Origin: Mobula hypostoma
Lineage: Eukaryota
NCBI RefSeq assembly: GCF_963921235.1
Contig: NC_086097.1
Coordinates: 93,684,001 to 93,744,000, forward strand
Reading direction: 5' to 3'
Length of the DNA stretch: 60,000 nt
Made by a program: the position numbers and the translations under genes. This document shows positions 39,491-52,630 of the stretch, piece after piece (within the stretch, counting starts at the first letter, position 1; each line of letters opens with the position of its first letter). The notes beneath the pieces are model-generated. The model saw nothing but the letters and a program-made list of their open reading frames with translations. It searched no databases and was not told the DNA's origin.

Positions 39491-40051
39491 AACTGTAGAC
39501 CAAACGACTTGCTGCTCACTGCCCTGAACTGGATACAATGTTGGATTGCAGCTTTCCACAATTCCAAAGCAGATCTGTGAAACTATATTGTCTGGTGCTT
39601 TCAAACTACAGGGGAGAAGAAACAAGAAACACCCACTTTAATTGAAGAAGACCTTTTGTTTCACTCTCATTGTGTATACCAGACCAAAGCTAAAGCTATT
39701 CATTCACACTTCAACGATAAATACACATATTATTAATGACAAAAGTGCATCAAGATTAAAATTGCACAAATCCATGTATATTTTTGCACAATGTTTAAAT
39801 TTTATTTTTTTTAAATTGGATTATTTGCTTAATAAATGACTCTGCTTGCTTTTAAACTCTATATTCCCTGTAGTTGCTAGATTGGTAAACTCAAGGTGCT
39901 TATTGCTTTGCTTTTCTCTTTGCCTTTGTTACACTTTCCTGGACTCTTACAGTGAATGACTGTGGCTGTGTCACAGGTGGTTAAGACACCTCTGTTAGCT
40001 CCTGGTTTTTCTTGATCCAAACTTACATCCATTTCTATTTTGTCCCACCAG

Positions 40052-40114
40052 GTGCGTAGTTGTGCTTTTTAATCCAAAGAAGACCAAGCAGCACCATATA
40101 CTGAATGGGTCAAG
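40052..40114 (+). CDS. MAPKBP1: Internal coding exon (63 nt, phase 2-2) of a MAPKBP1/WDR62-family WD40 gene: (G)CVVVLFNPKKTKQHHILNGS(R)
   Basis: Pyrimidine tract + CAG acceptor ending at 40051; donor AG|GTAAGA at 40115. The peptide closely matches vertebrate MAPKBP1 GCVVVLFNPRKHKQHHILNSSR (from memory) and splices in frame to 53105. WDR62 orthology is not excluded. Confidence 0.88.
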
Positions 40115-40571
40115 GTAAGACATTAGTGGAAGGAATGTAACTGCCCCGCTCCCAATGTCACCCGTTCACCATGGGACAAGGAGACAGCACAGTGTGCAGC
40201 TAGACCACAAGACCACATGACATAAGCACAGAATTAGGCCATTCAGTCCATCGAGTCTGTTCCGCCATTCCATTGTGTTCATCTGTTGTCTCTCTCAACC
40301 CCATTCCCCTGTCCTCTCCCCGTATCCTTTGACACTCTGACTAATTAAGAGCATATTGACCTGCTTGAAATATACCCAATGACTTGCCTTCCACAGGCAC
40401 CTGTGGCAATAAATTCCAGATTCACCATGCTATGCCTAAAGAAATTCCACCTCATCTCTGTTCTAAATGGATGTTCCTCCATGCTGAGGTTGTGTCCTAG
40501 GTCCTTGACTCCCCCACTATAGGAAACATTCTCTCCATATCCACTCTATCTAGGCCTTTCAATATTTAAAA

Positions 40572-42252
40572 ACGTAAACACGAGGAAATCTGCAGATGCT
40601 GCAATTTCAAGCAACACACATAAAAGTTGCTGGTGAACTCAGCAGGCCAGGCAGCATCTCTAGGAAGAGGTACAGTTGACGTTTCGGGCCGAGACCCTTC
40701 GTCAGGACTAACTGAAGGAAGAGCTAGTAAGGGATTTGAAAGTGGGGGAGGGAGAGGGGGAGATCCGAAATGATAGGAGGGGGAGGGATAGAGCCAAGAG
40801 CAGGACGGGTGATTGGCAAAAGGGATATGAGAGGATCATGGGACAGGAGGTCCGGGGAGAAAGAAAAGGGGGAGGGGGGGGAAAAGCCCAGAGGATGGAC
40901 AAGGGGTATAGTCAGAGGGACAGAGGGAGAAAAAGGAGAGAGAGAGAGAGAGAGAAAGAATGTGTGTATATAAATAACAGATGGGGTTCGAGGGGGAGTT
41001 GGGGCATTAGCGGAAGTTAGAGAAGTCCATGTTCATGCCATCAGGTTGGAGGCTACCCAGACGGAATATAAGCTGTTGTTCCTCCAACCTGAGTGTGGCT
41101 TCATCTTTACAGTAGAGAAGGCCGTGGATTGATATGTCAGAATGGGAATGGGATGTGGAATTAAAATGTGTGGCCACTGGGAGATCCTGCTTTCTCTGGC
41201 GGACAGAGCGTAGGTGATCAGCAAAATGATCTCCCAGTCTGCCTCGGGTCTCGCCAATATATAGAAGGCCACATCGGGAGCACCGGACGCAGTATATCAC
41301 CCCAGCCGACTCACAGGTGAAGTGTTGCCTCACCTGGAAGGACTGTCTGGGGCCCTGAATGGTGGTAAGGGAGGAAGTGTAAGGGCATGTGTAGCACTTG
41401 TTCCACTTACAAGGATAAGTGCCAGGAGGGAGATCAGTGGGGAGGGATGGGGGGTACGAATAGACAAGGGAGTCGCGTAGGGAGCGATCCTTGTGGAAAG
41501 CGGGGGGGGGGTGGCGGGGGAGGGGAGGGAAATATGTGCTTAGTGGTGGGATCCCATTGGAGGTGGCGGAAGTTACGGAGAATAATATGTTGGACCTGGA
41601 GGCTGGTGGGATGGTAGGTGAGGACAAGGGGAACCCTATTCCTAGTGGGGTGGCGGGAGGATGGAGTGAGAGCAGAGGTGCGTGAAATGGGGGAGATGCG
41701 TTTGAGAGCAGAGTTGATGGTGGAGGAAGGGAAGCCCCTTTCTTTAAAAAAAGGAGGACATCTCCCTCGTCCTGGAATGAAAAGCCTCATCCTGAGAGCA
41801 GATGCGGGAGACGGAGGAATTGTGAGAAGGGGATGGCATTTTTGCAAGAGACAGGGTGAGAAGAGGAATAGTCCGGATAGCTGTGAGAGTCAGTAGGCTT
41901 ATAGTAGACATCAGTAGATAAGCTGTCTCCAGAGATAGAGACAGAAAGATCTAGAAAGGGGAGGGAGGTGTCGGAAATGGACCAGGTAAACTTGAGGGCA
42001 GGGTGAAAGTTGGAGGCAAAGTTAATAAAGTTAACGAGCTCAGCATGCGTGCAGGAAGCAGCGCCAATGCAGTCGTCGATGTAGCGAAGGAAAAGTGGGG
42101 GACAGATACCAGAATAGGTTTGGAACTTAGATTGTTCCATAAAGCCAACAAAAAGGCAGGCATAGCTAGGACCCATACGGGTGCCCATAGCTACACCTTT
42201 AGTTTGGAGGAAGTAGGAGGAGCCAAAGGAGAAATTATTAAGAGTAAGGAGT
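40572..42252 (-). mobile_element. 5'-truncated Penelope-like element (RT + GIY-YIG + terminal repeat)
   Basis: QTKGVAMGTRMGPSYACLF...FLRYIDD (PLE RT), YYKPTDSHSY, VIYCVRCSRCGLLYIGET; very similar to 1-1282; a few frameshifts. Confidence 0.95.
40674..40709 (-). ncRNA. Minimal hammerhead motif (antisense copy)
   Basis: AGUC-CUGACGA-A-GGG(UCUCGG)CCC-GAAA-CGUC^AACU; core intact, one mismatch in stem I. Confidence 0.7.
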
Positions 42253-42257
42253 GACAT

Positions 42258-42984
42258 GGCTGGATTCCCTTTGGTTATTTGGGACACTGTGGGGCAGGAG
42301 ACTGTTGCTGAACAGTTTCTAACGAGCATCAGTTGTGTGCACTTGAGTGGGCATTAGACACTACATTGTGCTTAGAGCAAACATTTTTTAAATAGTTTCA
42401 GTTGTGTGTGTGCATTTGAAAAACAGCTATTTGTGTCACTATTGGTGAGAAATAAGCAGTAAGACAATTCAGAACTGTCTTGTTCACTGAGGTTTCAAGC
42501 TTTCAGACTTGGAAATACCAGAAATGGCCAAGAGTGAAAATGAAATGATTTCTGTACTTCAACAAGTTAGGAACTATGAAGAATTTGAAGGTATTGACAA
42601 TCATCTGGAATGTTACAATGTAAATGAAGATTTGGAGGATGCACTTATCAAAAATATCGTAGTCAATTATCTATACTAGATGTTTACGCTGATTTCGTTC
42701 ATTTACAGTCAATCTAAAGAGCACACAACATACACTGAATGAATTCGTCAAACGATAACTATTAGGAACTAATACAGTTTTTTATAATGCTGTAGTAGTA
42801 TTGATAGTATCTAATCTTTTCTATATTTCATTTAAATACTTAATTTGTTACTCAATTAAATGGTAGTTTGTCTTTTTTTTATGCTTTTTTAACTATTTCC
42901 ACAAAACTTCAGCTAATTGGGGGAGCTGTTTAATTGGGACAAAATGTACTGGTCCCAATTATCCCAATTAACTAGAATCCACTG
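42258..42984. mobile_element. pogo/Tigger-like DNA transposon remnant
   Basis: Right end cccaattaactagaatccactg-TA; degenerate left end tggattcc..ggttatttgggac. Confidence 0.55.
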
Positions 42985-43379
42985 TATCCTAGTCCTCTTG
43001 AAATAGATGCTAACATTGCATTTGCCCTCCTTACCACTGATTCAACCTGCAAGTTAACCTTTATGGAATCCTGCAAGAGATCTCCCACATCTCTTGCACA
43101 TCAAATTTTTGAATTTTCTCCTTTCTTTAGAAAATATTCTGTGTCTTTATTCCTTCTACGAAAGTGCATGACCATGTGCTTCTCTACACTATATTCGATC
43201 TGCCATTTCCTTGCCCATTCTCCCAAGGCAGAGCTGCGACTTTGGTTTCACGTTCTCCCAAATTGCCATGCTGGTGTGCTCCAGGTGTGCCAGTTTACTC
43301 CCAGGCCACAGAGACACACAGGTCGATTAATCTGCTGCTATAAATTGCCCCAAGTGCAGGTAAGTGGCCTTAAGGCATT

Positions 43380-44140
43380 AAGACATAGGAGCAGAAATGG
43401 GCCATTTGGCCCATCAAATATTTGCCATTCTGTCATGGCTGATTTATTTTCCCTCTCAACTCCAATCCTCCTTCTCCCCATAACTTTTAACACCCTTACT
43501 AATCAAGAAACTGTCGACCTCTGTTTTAAATATACCCAGTGATTTGGCCTCCACAGTCATCTGGCAATGAATTCCACAGATTTATCACCCTCTGGCTAAA
43601 TAAATTACTCCTTATTTCTATTCTAAAGGGATTTGCTTGTATTCTGAGGCTGTACCTGCTGATCCTCAACTCTCCCGATAATAGATATATCCTCTCCATG
43701 TCCACTCTATTCAGACCCTTCAATATTTGCTAAGTTTCAATGAGATGCCCGCTTTTCCGCTAAACTCCAGTGAATACAGGCCCGGAGCCATTAAACGCTC
43801 CTCATATGTTATCACGTCCATTCCCAGGATCATTCTCATAAACCTCTTCTTGACCCTCCCCAATGCCAGCACATCCTTTCTTAGATAAGGGACTCAAAGT
43901 TGCTCACAATACTCCAAATATAGTCTGACCAATGCCTTATACAGCCTTTATATTTTATTCTTGCTTTTATATTTCCAGTTCTCTTGAAATGAATGGTAAC
44001 TTTGAATTTGCCTTCCTAAACACCAACAAAAACCGCAATTTGACCTTTGGGATATCCTGCACTAGGACTCCCAAGTCCCTTTGCACCTCCAATTTCTAAG
44101 TTTGTTCCCTGTTTCTGAAATAGTTGATGCGTTTATTCCT
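43380..44140 (-). mobile_element. CR1 3' fragment
   Basis: KGLNRVDMERI...PFRIEIRSNLFSQRVINLWNSLP. Confidence 0.85.
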
Positions 44141-44659
44141 TATAGATATTTGCCTAACATTTTTGCACAGTACTGTTGTCCCTTCAGTCAATAATGTCTG
44201 TGTTAACCATGATACCAAGTTAAACCAATTCTATCTGCCTGCTTATCGCTCCGTTCCCTACAGTTAAAAGATAATCTGAGAATGTCTTAAGACCATGATG
44301 AACCAATTAACCAATAAAAGACACTTGGTCCATTCGAGGGACGTGGACCAAATGCGGACAAGTGGAACTAGCGTTGGTGGAACATTGGCTAGCATGGACC
44401 AGTTGGGCCAAAGGGCCTGTTTTCATGCTGTATGACTCTATGATAGTTTTCTACCATACACTTCCCTACACTGTATTTATCTGCCACTTCTTTACCACTC
44501 TCCTAATCTTACTGCAGACTCCCTGCTTCCTCACATTACTTGCCCCTTCACCTGCCTTGTATCATCAGCAAACATGGCCACAAAGCCATCAATTCTATCA
44601 TCATTAGTATGTAACATGAAAGGTAATAGACCCAACATCAACCCCTGCAGAATACCACA

Positions 44660-45570
44660 AGACCTTTCTTATGGTTTCCACATCCTTCCTGTAGTGAGGC
44701 GACCAGAACTGAACACAGTACTCCAACTGGGGTCTGACCAGGGTCCTATACAGCTGCAACATTACCTCTCAGCTCCTAAGCTCGATCCCACGGTTGATGA
44801 AGGCCAATGCACCGTATGCCTTCTTAACCACAGAGTCAATCTGTGTAGCAGCTTTGAGTGTCCTATGGACTTGTGCTCCAAGATCCCTCTGATCCTCCAC
44901 ACTGCCAAGAGTCTTACCATTAATACTATATTCTGCCATCATATCTGACCTACCAAAATGAATCACCTCACACTTATCTGGTTTGAACTCCATCTGCCAC
45001 TTCTCAGCCCAGTTTTGCATCCTATCAATGTCCCACTGTAACCTCTGACAACCCTCCACACTATCCACAACACCCCCATCTTTTGTGTCATCAGCAAATT
45101 TACTAACCCATCCCTCCACTTCCTCGTCCAGGTCATTTATAAAAATCACAAAGAGAAGGGGTCCCAGAACAGATCCCTGAGGCACAGCACTGGTCACCAA
45201 CCTCAATGCAGAATATGACCCGTCTACAACCACTCTTTGCCTTCTGTGGGCAAGCCAGTTCTGGATCCACAAAGCAATGTCCCCTTGGATCTCATGCCTC
45301 CTTACTTTCTCAATAAGACTCTCATTGGGTAGCTTATCAAATGCCTTGCTGAAATCCATGTACACTACATCTACTGCTCTACCTTCATCAATGTGTTTAG
45401 TGACAACCTCAAAAAATTCAATCAGGCTCGTAAGGCCTTTGACAAAGCCATGCTGACTATTCCTAATCATGTTGTACTTCTTCAAATGTTCATAAATCCT
45501 GCCTCTCAGGATCTTTTCCAACAACTAACCAACCACTGAAGTAAGACTCACTGGTCTATAATTTGCTGGG
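44660..45570 (-). mobile_element. CR1 RT core fragment
   Basis: ORF 44769-45524: QHGFVKG...YMDFSKAFDK...VPQGSVLGPLLF...SKFADDTK. Confidence 0.92.
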
Positions 45571-46889
45571 CTATCATCTCTGTATCTCAGGAACTCTACT
45601 TCTGCTTACAGTCCAATATATGGTAACATTTGAAAGTCCATGTAACCAACAATACATTATTAGGTTGTCAAAAACTCAATTGTCAAATACACCTAGCATT
45701 AAAGAACTCAATGCCAACTTTCATTTATTAGCCTTTGTTGTCCGAAGTCTCCATTATCCGAGATCAAACAAACAACAGACGGAGAATGGAGTCCTCCAAG
45801 ACCTTAAGAGACTGGGAAATAAAAGAAAAATGACTTGAAACAGGAATGGGGTTGAGAGGGCTATTAAATAATAACAAGTCAGACATTATTGAATGGCGGA
45901 GAAGACTTGATGGGCCAGATGGCCTAATTTTGCACCTATATCTTATGGTCTTACGGTTCTGCACTTATATATAAAATCCAGACTGTTTACGGAAACGTTT
46001 ACCTTTGAGTTCAGAAATAAGAACATGGCACAGATGTATGCGTGGCTAGAGATCAATGTGCAGGGGAAGGATTTTTGATTCTTCAGCCAATTTAGTGGAA
46101 GATAGGACCTGTATAAGTCTGATGTTTCCAGGGACAGGATCAATGTCCTCAGAGACAGATTAACTAGTGCTGTTTGTTGGGGAGGGTTTATTCCAGTTGC
46201 AAAAGGGATGAAATTCTCTGCAAATATTATGCTGAGAGGAAAGGTCTAGAAATTTAAGGTCAGAAATTTAGTATGAGATTTCCTGGATTGGTCTAATGGT
46301 TTAAAGGTGAATTGTTTCAGTTGTAAAGTTACAATGTACAGGCTAATGTTATCATTAGAGCAAGTAACATTAAGATGAGATTTAATAGAGGTGTACAAAA
46401 GTAAGGTCAATTTATATGGAGTAAGCAAATATATTTCCTTTAACGTACGTGTAAAGAATGGAACACTGATCTGAAATTTGAGCAATATATAAGAAATAGA
46501 TGTGTGGAAAAAAGTAATTAGAGTAGTTAGAACTTTGAATTCATGTGCTTATAAGGATGGTATAGAAATGAAACAATGTCTTCAAAACAGATTGGATAAG
46601 CAGGGAGAATAATGTGCAGGCATTGTAATTGATTGCATTACTCAACTAGAATTTGACATGATGGGCTAAATGGTGGACTCCTGTCCTCTTATGCTGTTCT
46701 CTACTGAAAAGAGTGGACTCTCTCTCTGCTCTTGTGCCAGATTTTATATTCTTTTGTTTGAAATATATTACTAAATCTGCAAAGCAGATTCTGTACATGG
46801 CTGAAGTCAATTAGCCTTGGCTACCATGCAGTCCAAAAATTTCCTATAGTGTAGATTAGGTTAGGAATGGAGGTCATCTAGGTGTTATA

Positions 46890-48610
46890 TTTAGACCAAG
46901 AGATCACAAGATGTAGGAGCATAATTCAGGCATTTGGCTCCGCCATTTCATCTCGGCTGATCCGTTTTTCCTCTCAGTCCCAATCTCCTCCCTTCTCCCT
47001 GTATCCCTTCATGACCTGACCAATCAAGAATCTATCAACCTCTGCCTTAAATATACATAAAGGATTGGCCTCCACAGCTGCCTGTGGCAAAGAATTCCAG
47101 ATTCACCACTCTCAGACTAAAGAAATTCTAAATTCATCTCCATTCTAAAAGGATGACTATCTATTCTGAGGCTGTGTCATCTGGTCCTAGACTCTCCTAC
47201 CATAGGTAACATCCTCTTCACATCCACTCTATCAAGGCCTTTCACCATTCGATAGGTTTCAATTAGGTCACCTCTCATTCTTCTGAATTCTAGTGAATAC
47301 AGGCCCAGAGCCATCAGATGCTCTTCATGTGACAAGTTGTTCAATCCTGGAATAATTTTTGTGACCCTCCTTTGAACCTTTTCCAGTGTCAGCACATCCT
47401 TTCTAAGAAAGGGGCCCAAAACTGCTCACAATACTCCAAGTGAGGCCTCACCAGTGCTTTATAAAGTCTCAACATTACACCCTTGCTTTTAAATCCTATT
47501 CGTCTTGAAATGGATGCGTAAATATCGTATTTGCCTTCCTCACCATAGACTCAATCTGCAAATTAACCTTTAGGGAATCCTACACAAAGACTCCTTCGCA
47601 CCTCAGATTTTTGAATTTTCTCTCCATTTAGAAAATAGTTTACCCTTTTATTTCTTCTACCTAAATGCAGGACCATACACTTCCTGACACTGTATTCTAT
47701 CTGCCACTTCTTTGCCCATTCGCCTAATCTGTCCTTCTGTAGCCTCTCCCCTTCCTCAAAACTACTTGCCCCTCTACCAATCTTCATATCGTCCACAAAT
47801 TTTGCAACAAAGCCATCAATTCCATTATCCAGATCATTGACATATAATATAAAAAGCAGTTGCAACACTGACCCGAGGTTTACCCTTAGTCACCAGCAGC
47901 CAGCTAGAAAAGGCTCCCTTTATTTCCACTCTTTGCTTCCTGCCAATCAGCCACTGCTTAATCCATGCTAGCACCTTTCCTGTAATACCATGGGCTCATA
48001 GCTTGTTAAGCAGCCTCGTGTGTGTCACCTTCTGAAAATCCAAGCACACAACATTCACCAACTCTCCTTTGTCTGTCCTGCTTGTTATTTCTTCAAACAA
48101 TTCCAACAGATTTGCCAGGCAAGATTTTCCCTTGAGAAAACCTTGCTGACCACAGCCTATCTTACCAAGTACCTCCAAGTACCCCGAAACTATATCCTTA
48201 ACAAAGGACTCCAATATCTTCCCAACCACTGAGGTCAGACTAACTGGCCTATAATTTCCTTTCTTCTGCCTCTCTCTCTTCTTGACAAGTGGAGTGACAT
48301 TTGTCTGGTCTTCCGGAACCATGTCAGAATCTAGTGATTCTTGAAAGAACGTTATTAATTTGAATTCACACAGTATACAAAATAAGGTAGATGATCTTGT
48401 ATCACAGTTAGAGTTTGGCAGGTATAAAGTTGTGGGCATCACTGAGCCATGGCTGAAAAAAGATCGTAGCTGGGAGCTTAACATGTAGGGATATACCTTG
48501 TATCAAAAGAACAGGTAGATAGGCAGAAGGGGTGGAGTGGCTCTGTTAGTGAAAGATGAAATCAAATCCTTAGAATGAGGTGACAGAGGATCAGAAGATA
48601 TAGAGTTATA
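46890..48610 (-). mobile_element. CR1 RT/3' region (46890-48345, minus) abutting a plus-strand APE endonuclease fragment (48350-48610)
   Basis: NYRPVSLTSVVGKILE and AKFVDDMK on the minus strand; LNSHSIQNKVDDL...VGITEPWL...GGVALLVK on the plus strand. Confidence 0.85.
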
Positions 48611-49544
48611 GGATTTTGTGAAGATAACATGCATGAGTCAAGTGCTTAGCAAAAGCTGCAGTAGCCCTTTACTTTCATTACGAACAAAACCAAAATCAGT
48701 CGCCTTACACTAACGTCTTTACATCAGACACCATCTCCTAAAGCGAACACAGCTCAATGACACTGTTTGTGAATTATGTAGAACAGTTTTGATTATGAAC
48801 AATATGTGTCCTCTGTCACCCATTACCCTTCCCTATACAGCCCCCCGCCGAGTATTCACCAAAACCAGCACTGGGCGTCTGTCTGGGGCTCGTACGAGCC
48901 ACCCAGCTCAGGTCCTACATGCCTTGGTTGGAGTAATAGCAGATTAGGGACATGCTGATACACACATGGTCACCTTGTGATGCAGGTGTATGGTGGTGGG
49001 ACCATCCAGATCTTGGTGGGCCAGTTTAATGAGATCTATAGAAATACATTCAGGTTTACCCTTTCTATCTGCAATAAAAGTCTTTTTGCCCCATTCCAAA
49101 ACATGGAATGGGAAATTGTAAGGGGGCTTAAGGGAGTGTGCACATGCATCATGGTGGACAAAAATGATCGACATAGAATGTAGGTCAACTGGAACCCAGG
49201 AGTGCTGAACGCCATGATGGGAGGTAGGAATGGGAGGAAGGGAATTGCGTTTACTGAGGAGGGTGAAATGTTGCTGAAACACCAATCAGGCGGTCATGGC
49301 GTCAAGAATGAAGTCAGCCGGCTCCCTTAGCAGCTGCCCATACACCAACTCAGTTGCAGATAGCTGCAGGTCCTCTTTTGGAGCTGGTCTGAGCCCAAAC
49401 AGGACTCACAGGAGAGGATCGTGCCAACACAGATCCATCAAGGAAGTCCTCAGAGCAGCCTTTAAGGAACGGTGAAACTGCTTGCACAAGCCATTGGACT
49501 GCAGGTGATATGCCATGGTGCAATGTAGCCCAACGCTGAGGTTC

Positions 49545-50679
49545 TGTCATAAGCGGTGGCTGGGAATGGACCCAAGTGCAAGACACAGACACTGAAGTAC
49601 TAGGGACAGGAATAGGATACAGGGTGAGGACAAGGACATGGACAGGAAAACCGGGAACCAGGAACAGAACTGGACAAGCGAGCTAGGAGCCCGGGCTTGG
49701 ACTCCGAGCCAGAGACTGGACAAGGACCCAGTACCTGGGTCTTGTCTCTGGCTCGGACCTCTGAACTAGGCAAGGATGAGGCTTGGCTGGCAGGCAGAAC
49801 GAGGCTGGAGTCTTCAGGCTTGAGGCTAGAGACTAGAGGTGAGGCTTGGCAGGAGGCAGAAAGTTGGAGTCTTCAGGCTTGAGGCTAGAGGCTAGAGACT
49901 AGAGGCGAGGCTTGGCAGGAGGCAGGAGGCTGGAGTCTTCAGGCTTGAGGCTAGAGGCTGGAGATTTGAGGCGAGGCTTGGCAGGAGGCAGGAGGCTGGA
50001 GTCTTCAGGCTTGAGGCTGGAGACGAGGCGAGGCTTGGCAGGAGGCAGGAGGCTGGAGTCTTCAGGCTTGAGGCTAGAGGCTGGAGACTTGAGGCGAGGC
50101 TTGGCAGGAGGCTAGAGGCTAGAGATGAGGTGAGGCTTGGCAGGAGGCTGGAGGCTGGAGTCTTCAGGCTTGAGGCTCGGCAGGCTCCTCTGGGGCAGGG
50201 CGCGGATCACCACCCGACGGAGGCATGGGACAGGAAGGGACAGAACCAACCGTTGGTTGCGGCAAGACGGCCTGGCTTACCTGACGGAGGCAAGGGACAG
50301 GAAGGGAGCTAGGTACAGGGTGGCTCCAGGACAAGACTGAAGGCGAAATGAGGCGAGAGTTACCGGCAAGACAAGGCTTCAGGCAATGCAAGGCGAAACA
50401 AAAACTTCAGGCGAGGCAAGAGTTACCGGCAAGACAAGGCAGGGCTTCAGGCAAGGAAACAGAAGGCAGGAGAAGGGATACAAGGAGTAAGGACAAGAAC
50501 CAATCCAGCAGCCGCGCCCTGCTCTCTGAAGGTATTTATGCAGCCAGCCCCAACAAGCATCAGCTGCCTCAATTAGAGCTCAACAGGAACAGAAACAGGG
50601 TAGACAGGAAAACCTGGAGCAAGGGTCGATGGACCGGACCGTGAACCGGAATGTGGACTTCACGGACCAGACCATGACA
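49545..50679 (-). mobile_element. Solo LTR (1135 bp) inserted in the Gypsy integrase, with internal tandem repeats at about 49780-50180
   Basis: TGTCA...TGACA termini; 5-bp TSD GGTTC at 49540-49544 and 50680-50684; removal restores the integrase frame MAQNL|SVGLHC. Confidence 0.88.
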
Positions 50680-51698
50680 GGTTCTGGGCCATCACTAAAG
50701 AGTGAATGGGGTTAGCGGCTGGAAGAGTTATCAGATCGGGTGCCAAACCCAGCAACTCAGGTGTTAAGAGAGTCTGAGCCATGTCCGCAGCCGTCGTTGA
50801 TGCTGGAGGGACAACCTCTGGCCACCTGGTGGTACGAACCACCATGGTAAGGAGATGCGTGAAACTGTGGGCGGTGGAGGGAGAGGACCAACCAGGTCCG
50901 CGTTGACATGATCAAACCGTTCGTTAGCGAACTCAAGAGGTACCAATGGTGCCTGACAGATGGTTAATTTTCAGCCACTGACACACAGTAGGCTGAGCTC
51001 CAACCTTGCACATCCTCCCTAGAGCCATGTCACACAAACTTTAAAGCAACCAGTTTCTGTGAAGCCTTCCCAAGAGAGGCCATGAGTGGAGTTAAAATCA
51101 GTATCCCTCCAGTTTGCAGGCACTGTGAGGCGAGGGCAGTTGGTTGAGACATTGCCCAGGAGGGAAATCCCTGCATCCCCACAATTGACGTCAGCCAACC
51201 GCTGGCCCGAGACTGCTGTCCTGTGAGCCTGGACCTCCGGATTGGTGGCTTGGTCAAGCTGCCATGCTGGCATGTGCATCGTATCGAAGGTGGCAAATGA
51301 GAGGCCATCAGCCACTGCATCATTTTTCCCTTCGATGTGGTGCATGTCAGTCGTGAATCCTGAAATATAGGCCAGGTGGCGTTGCTGCTGTTTAAACCAA
51401 GGATCTGATGCTTTGGCCATTGCGTGTACGAGAGGTTTGTGGTCAACGAATACTGTGAAATGCTGACCCTCCAGTAGAAAACAGAAGTGGCGTATTGTCA
51501 GGTAGAGACTAAACATGCTATACTTCCTCTCGCTGGGTGGGGATGAGGGTGTAGCTGTCAGGGGAAGAAGGCGAGAGGCACCACACACCTCCAACCAACT
51601 GTTCGAGCAGAGCACCCACAGCATAGTCTGAGGCGTCAGCAGAGGTGACCATGGACATATTGGGGAGAAGGTGTGCCAGTAAGGTCTCTTTCAAAAGA

Positions 51699-51835
51699 CA
51701 CACACAAAAAATGCCGGTGAATGCAGCAGGTCAGGCAGCATCTATAGGAAGAGGTAGATGCTGCCCGGCCTGCTGTGTTCACCAGCGTTTTTTGTGTGTG
51801 TTGCTTGAATTTCCAGCATCTGCAGATTTCCTCGT
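51699..51835. mobile_element. Hairpin Penelope-derived mini-insertion with 15-bp TSD
   Basis: GTCTCTTTCAAAAGA at 51684-51698 and 51836-51850; about 46-bp inverted arms around a 10-nt loop plus an unpaired tail. Confidence 0.9.
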
Positions 51836-52484
51836 GTCTCTTTCAAAAGAGCTCATTTTGGTGCCGTCAAATGCTCTGGTCATGTCTGCTGACCACTCAA
51901 ACATGCAATTGAGGCCACTGCCTTTCAGGGTACTATACAAGGGGAACACAGGTTCAGCAGCTCGCAGAATGAAATGGTGATAGAAATTCACCATTCTTAA
52001 AAGCTCTCACAGTGCTTTGGTCCCATAAGTCCAGATACTGCTGCCTTTGGCAGCCTCTGGGTCTATCACCCTCTGCCTTATAATCAATGGGCGAGCCTGG
52101 CAGCACACTCACCTGAGTGCCCCTGTCACACAGGAAGCGTCGCCCTGAAAGAGTGTCTGTCATAAATAGTAGATGACTCTGGCATCTGGAACCCACAATG
52201 TTCACAAACCTCTGGTGTCCCGATTCGCTGGTGCTGTCGTAGCTGTGTGGCTGTCGGCACTTCTTGGTGAAAACAGACATGGCACTGTCTGGCTCGGAGC
52301 CATGGGCGTGGGTCTGCTGGAGGTTCTGCTGACAGGGTTTATTGGGTCAGGGAAAGGAGGAGGAATGTTGCACCTCTGCCTGGCTGAGTGTAGACTATTG
52401 GCTGTTTTTGCAAGCTCTCTATAGTCCTTCATGGGTGTATTAGTAAGAGCCGTCGAACTTCCTCAGGCATTTTTTGCATAAAGA

Positions 52485-52630
52485 CAAAATATTCTGCAGA
52501 TGCTGGGGTCAAAGCAACGCTCACAACACGCTGGAGGAACTCAGCAGGTCGGGCAGCATCCATGGAAACGATCAGTCAACGTTTCCACAGATGCTGCCTG
52601 GCCTGCTGAGGTCCTCCAGCGTGTTGTGAG
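52485..52630. mobile_element. Hairpin Penelope-derived mini-insertion with 13-bp TSD
   Basis: TTTTGCATAAAGA at 52472-52484 and 52631-52643; about 50-bp inverted arms plus a tail; removal restores gag LFMQKMPEEVR. Confidence 0.9.

Noticed and set aside
1..40051. Search for the preceding MAPKBP1 exon (VTLEKVLGIT...AYPAG); partial look-alikes near 22870-22915 and 36200-36250
   Set aside because: Peptides do not match; the exon probably lies upstream of the window. The following SGHMPAVRVW exon was likewise not found after 53162.
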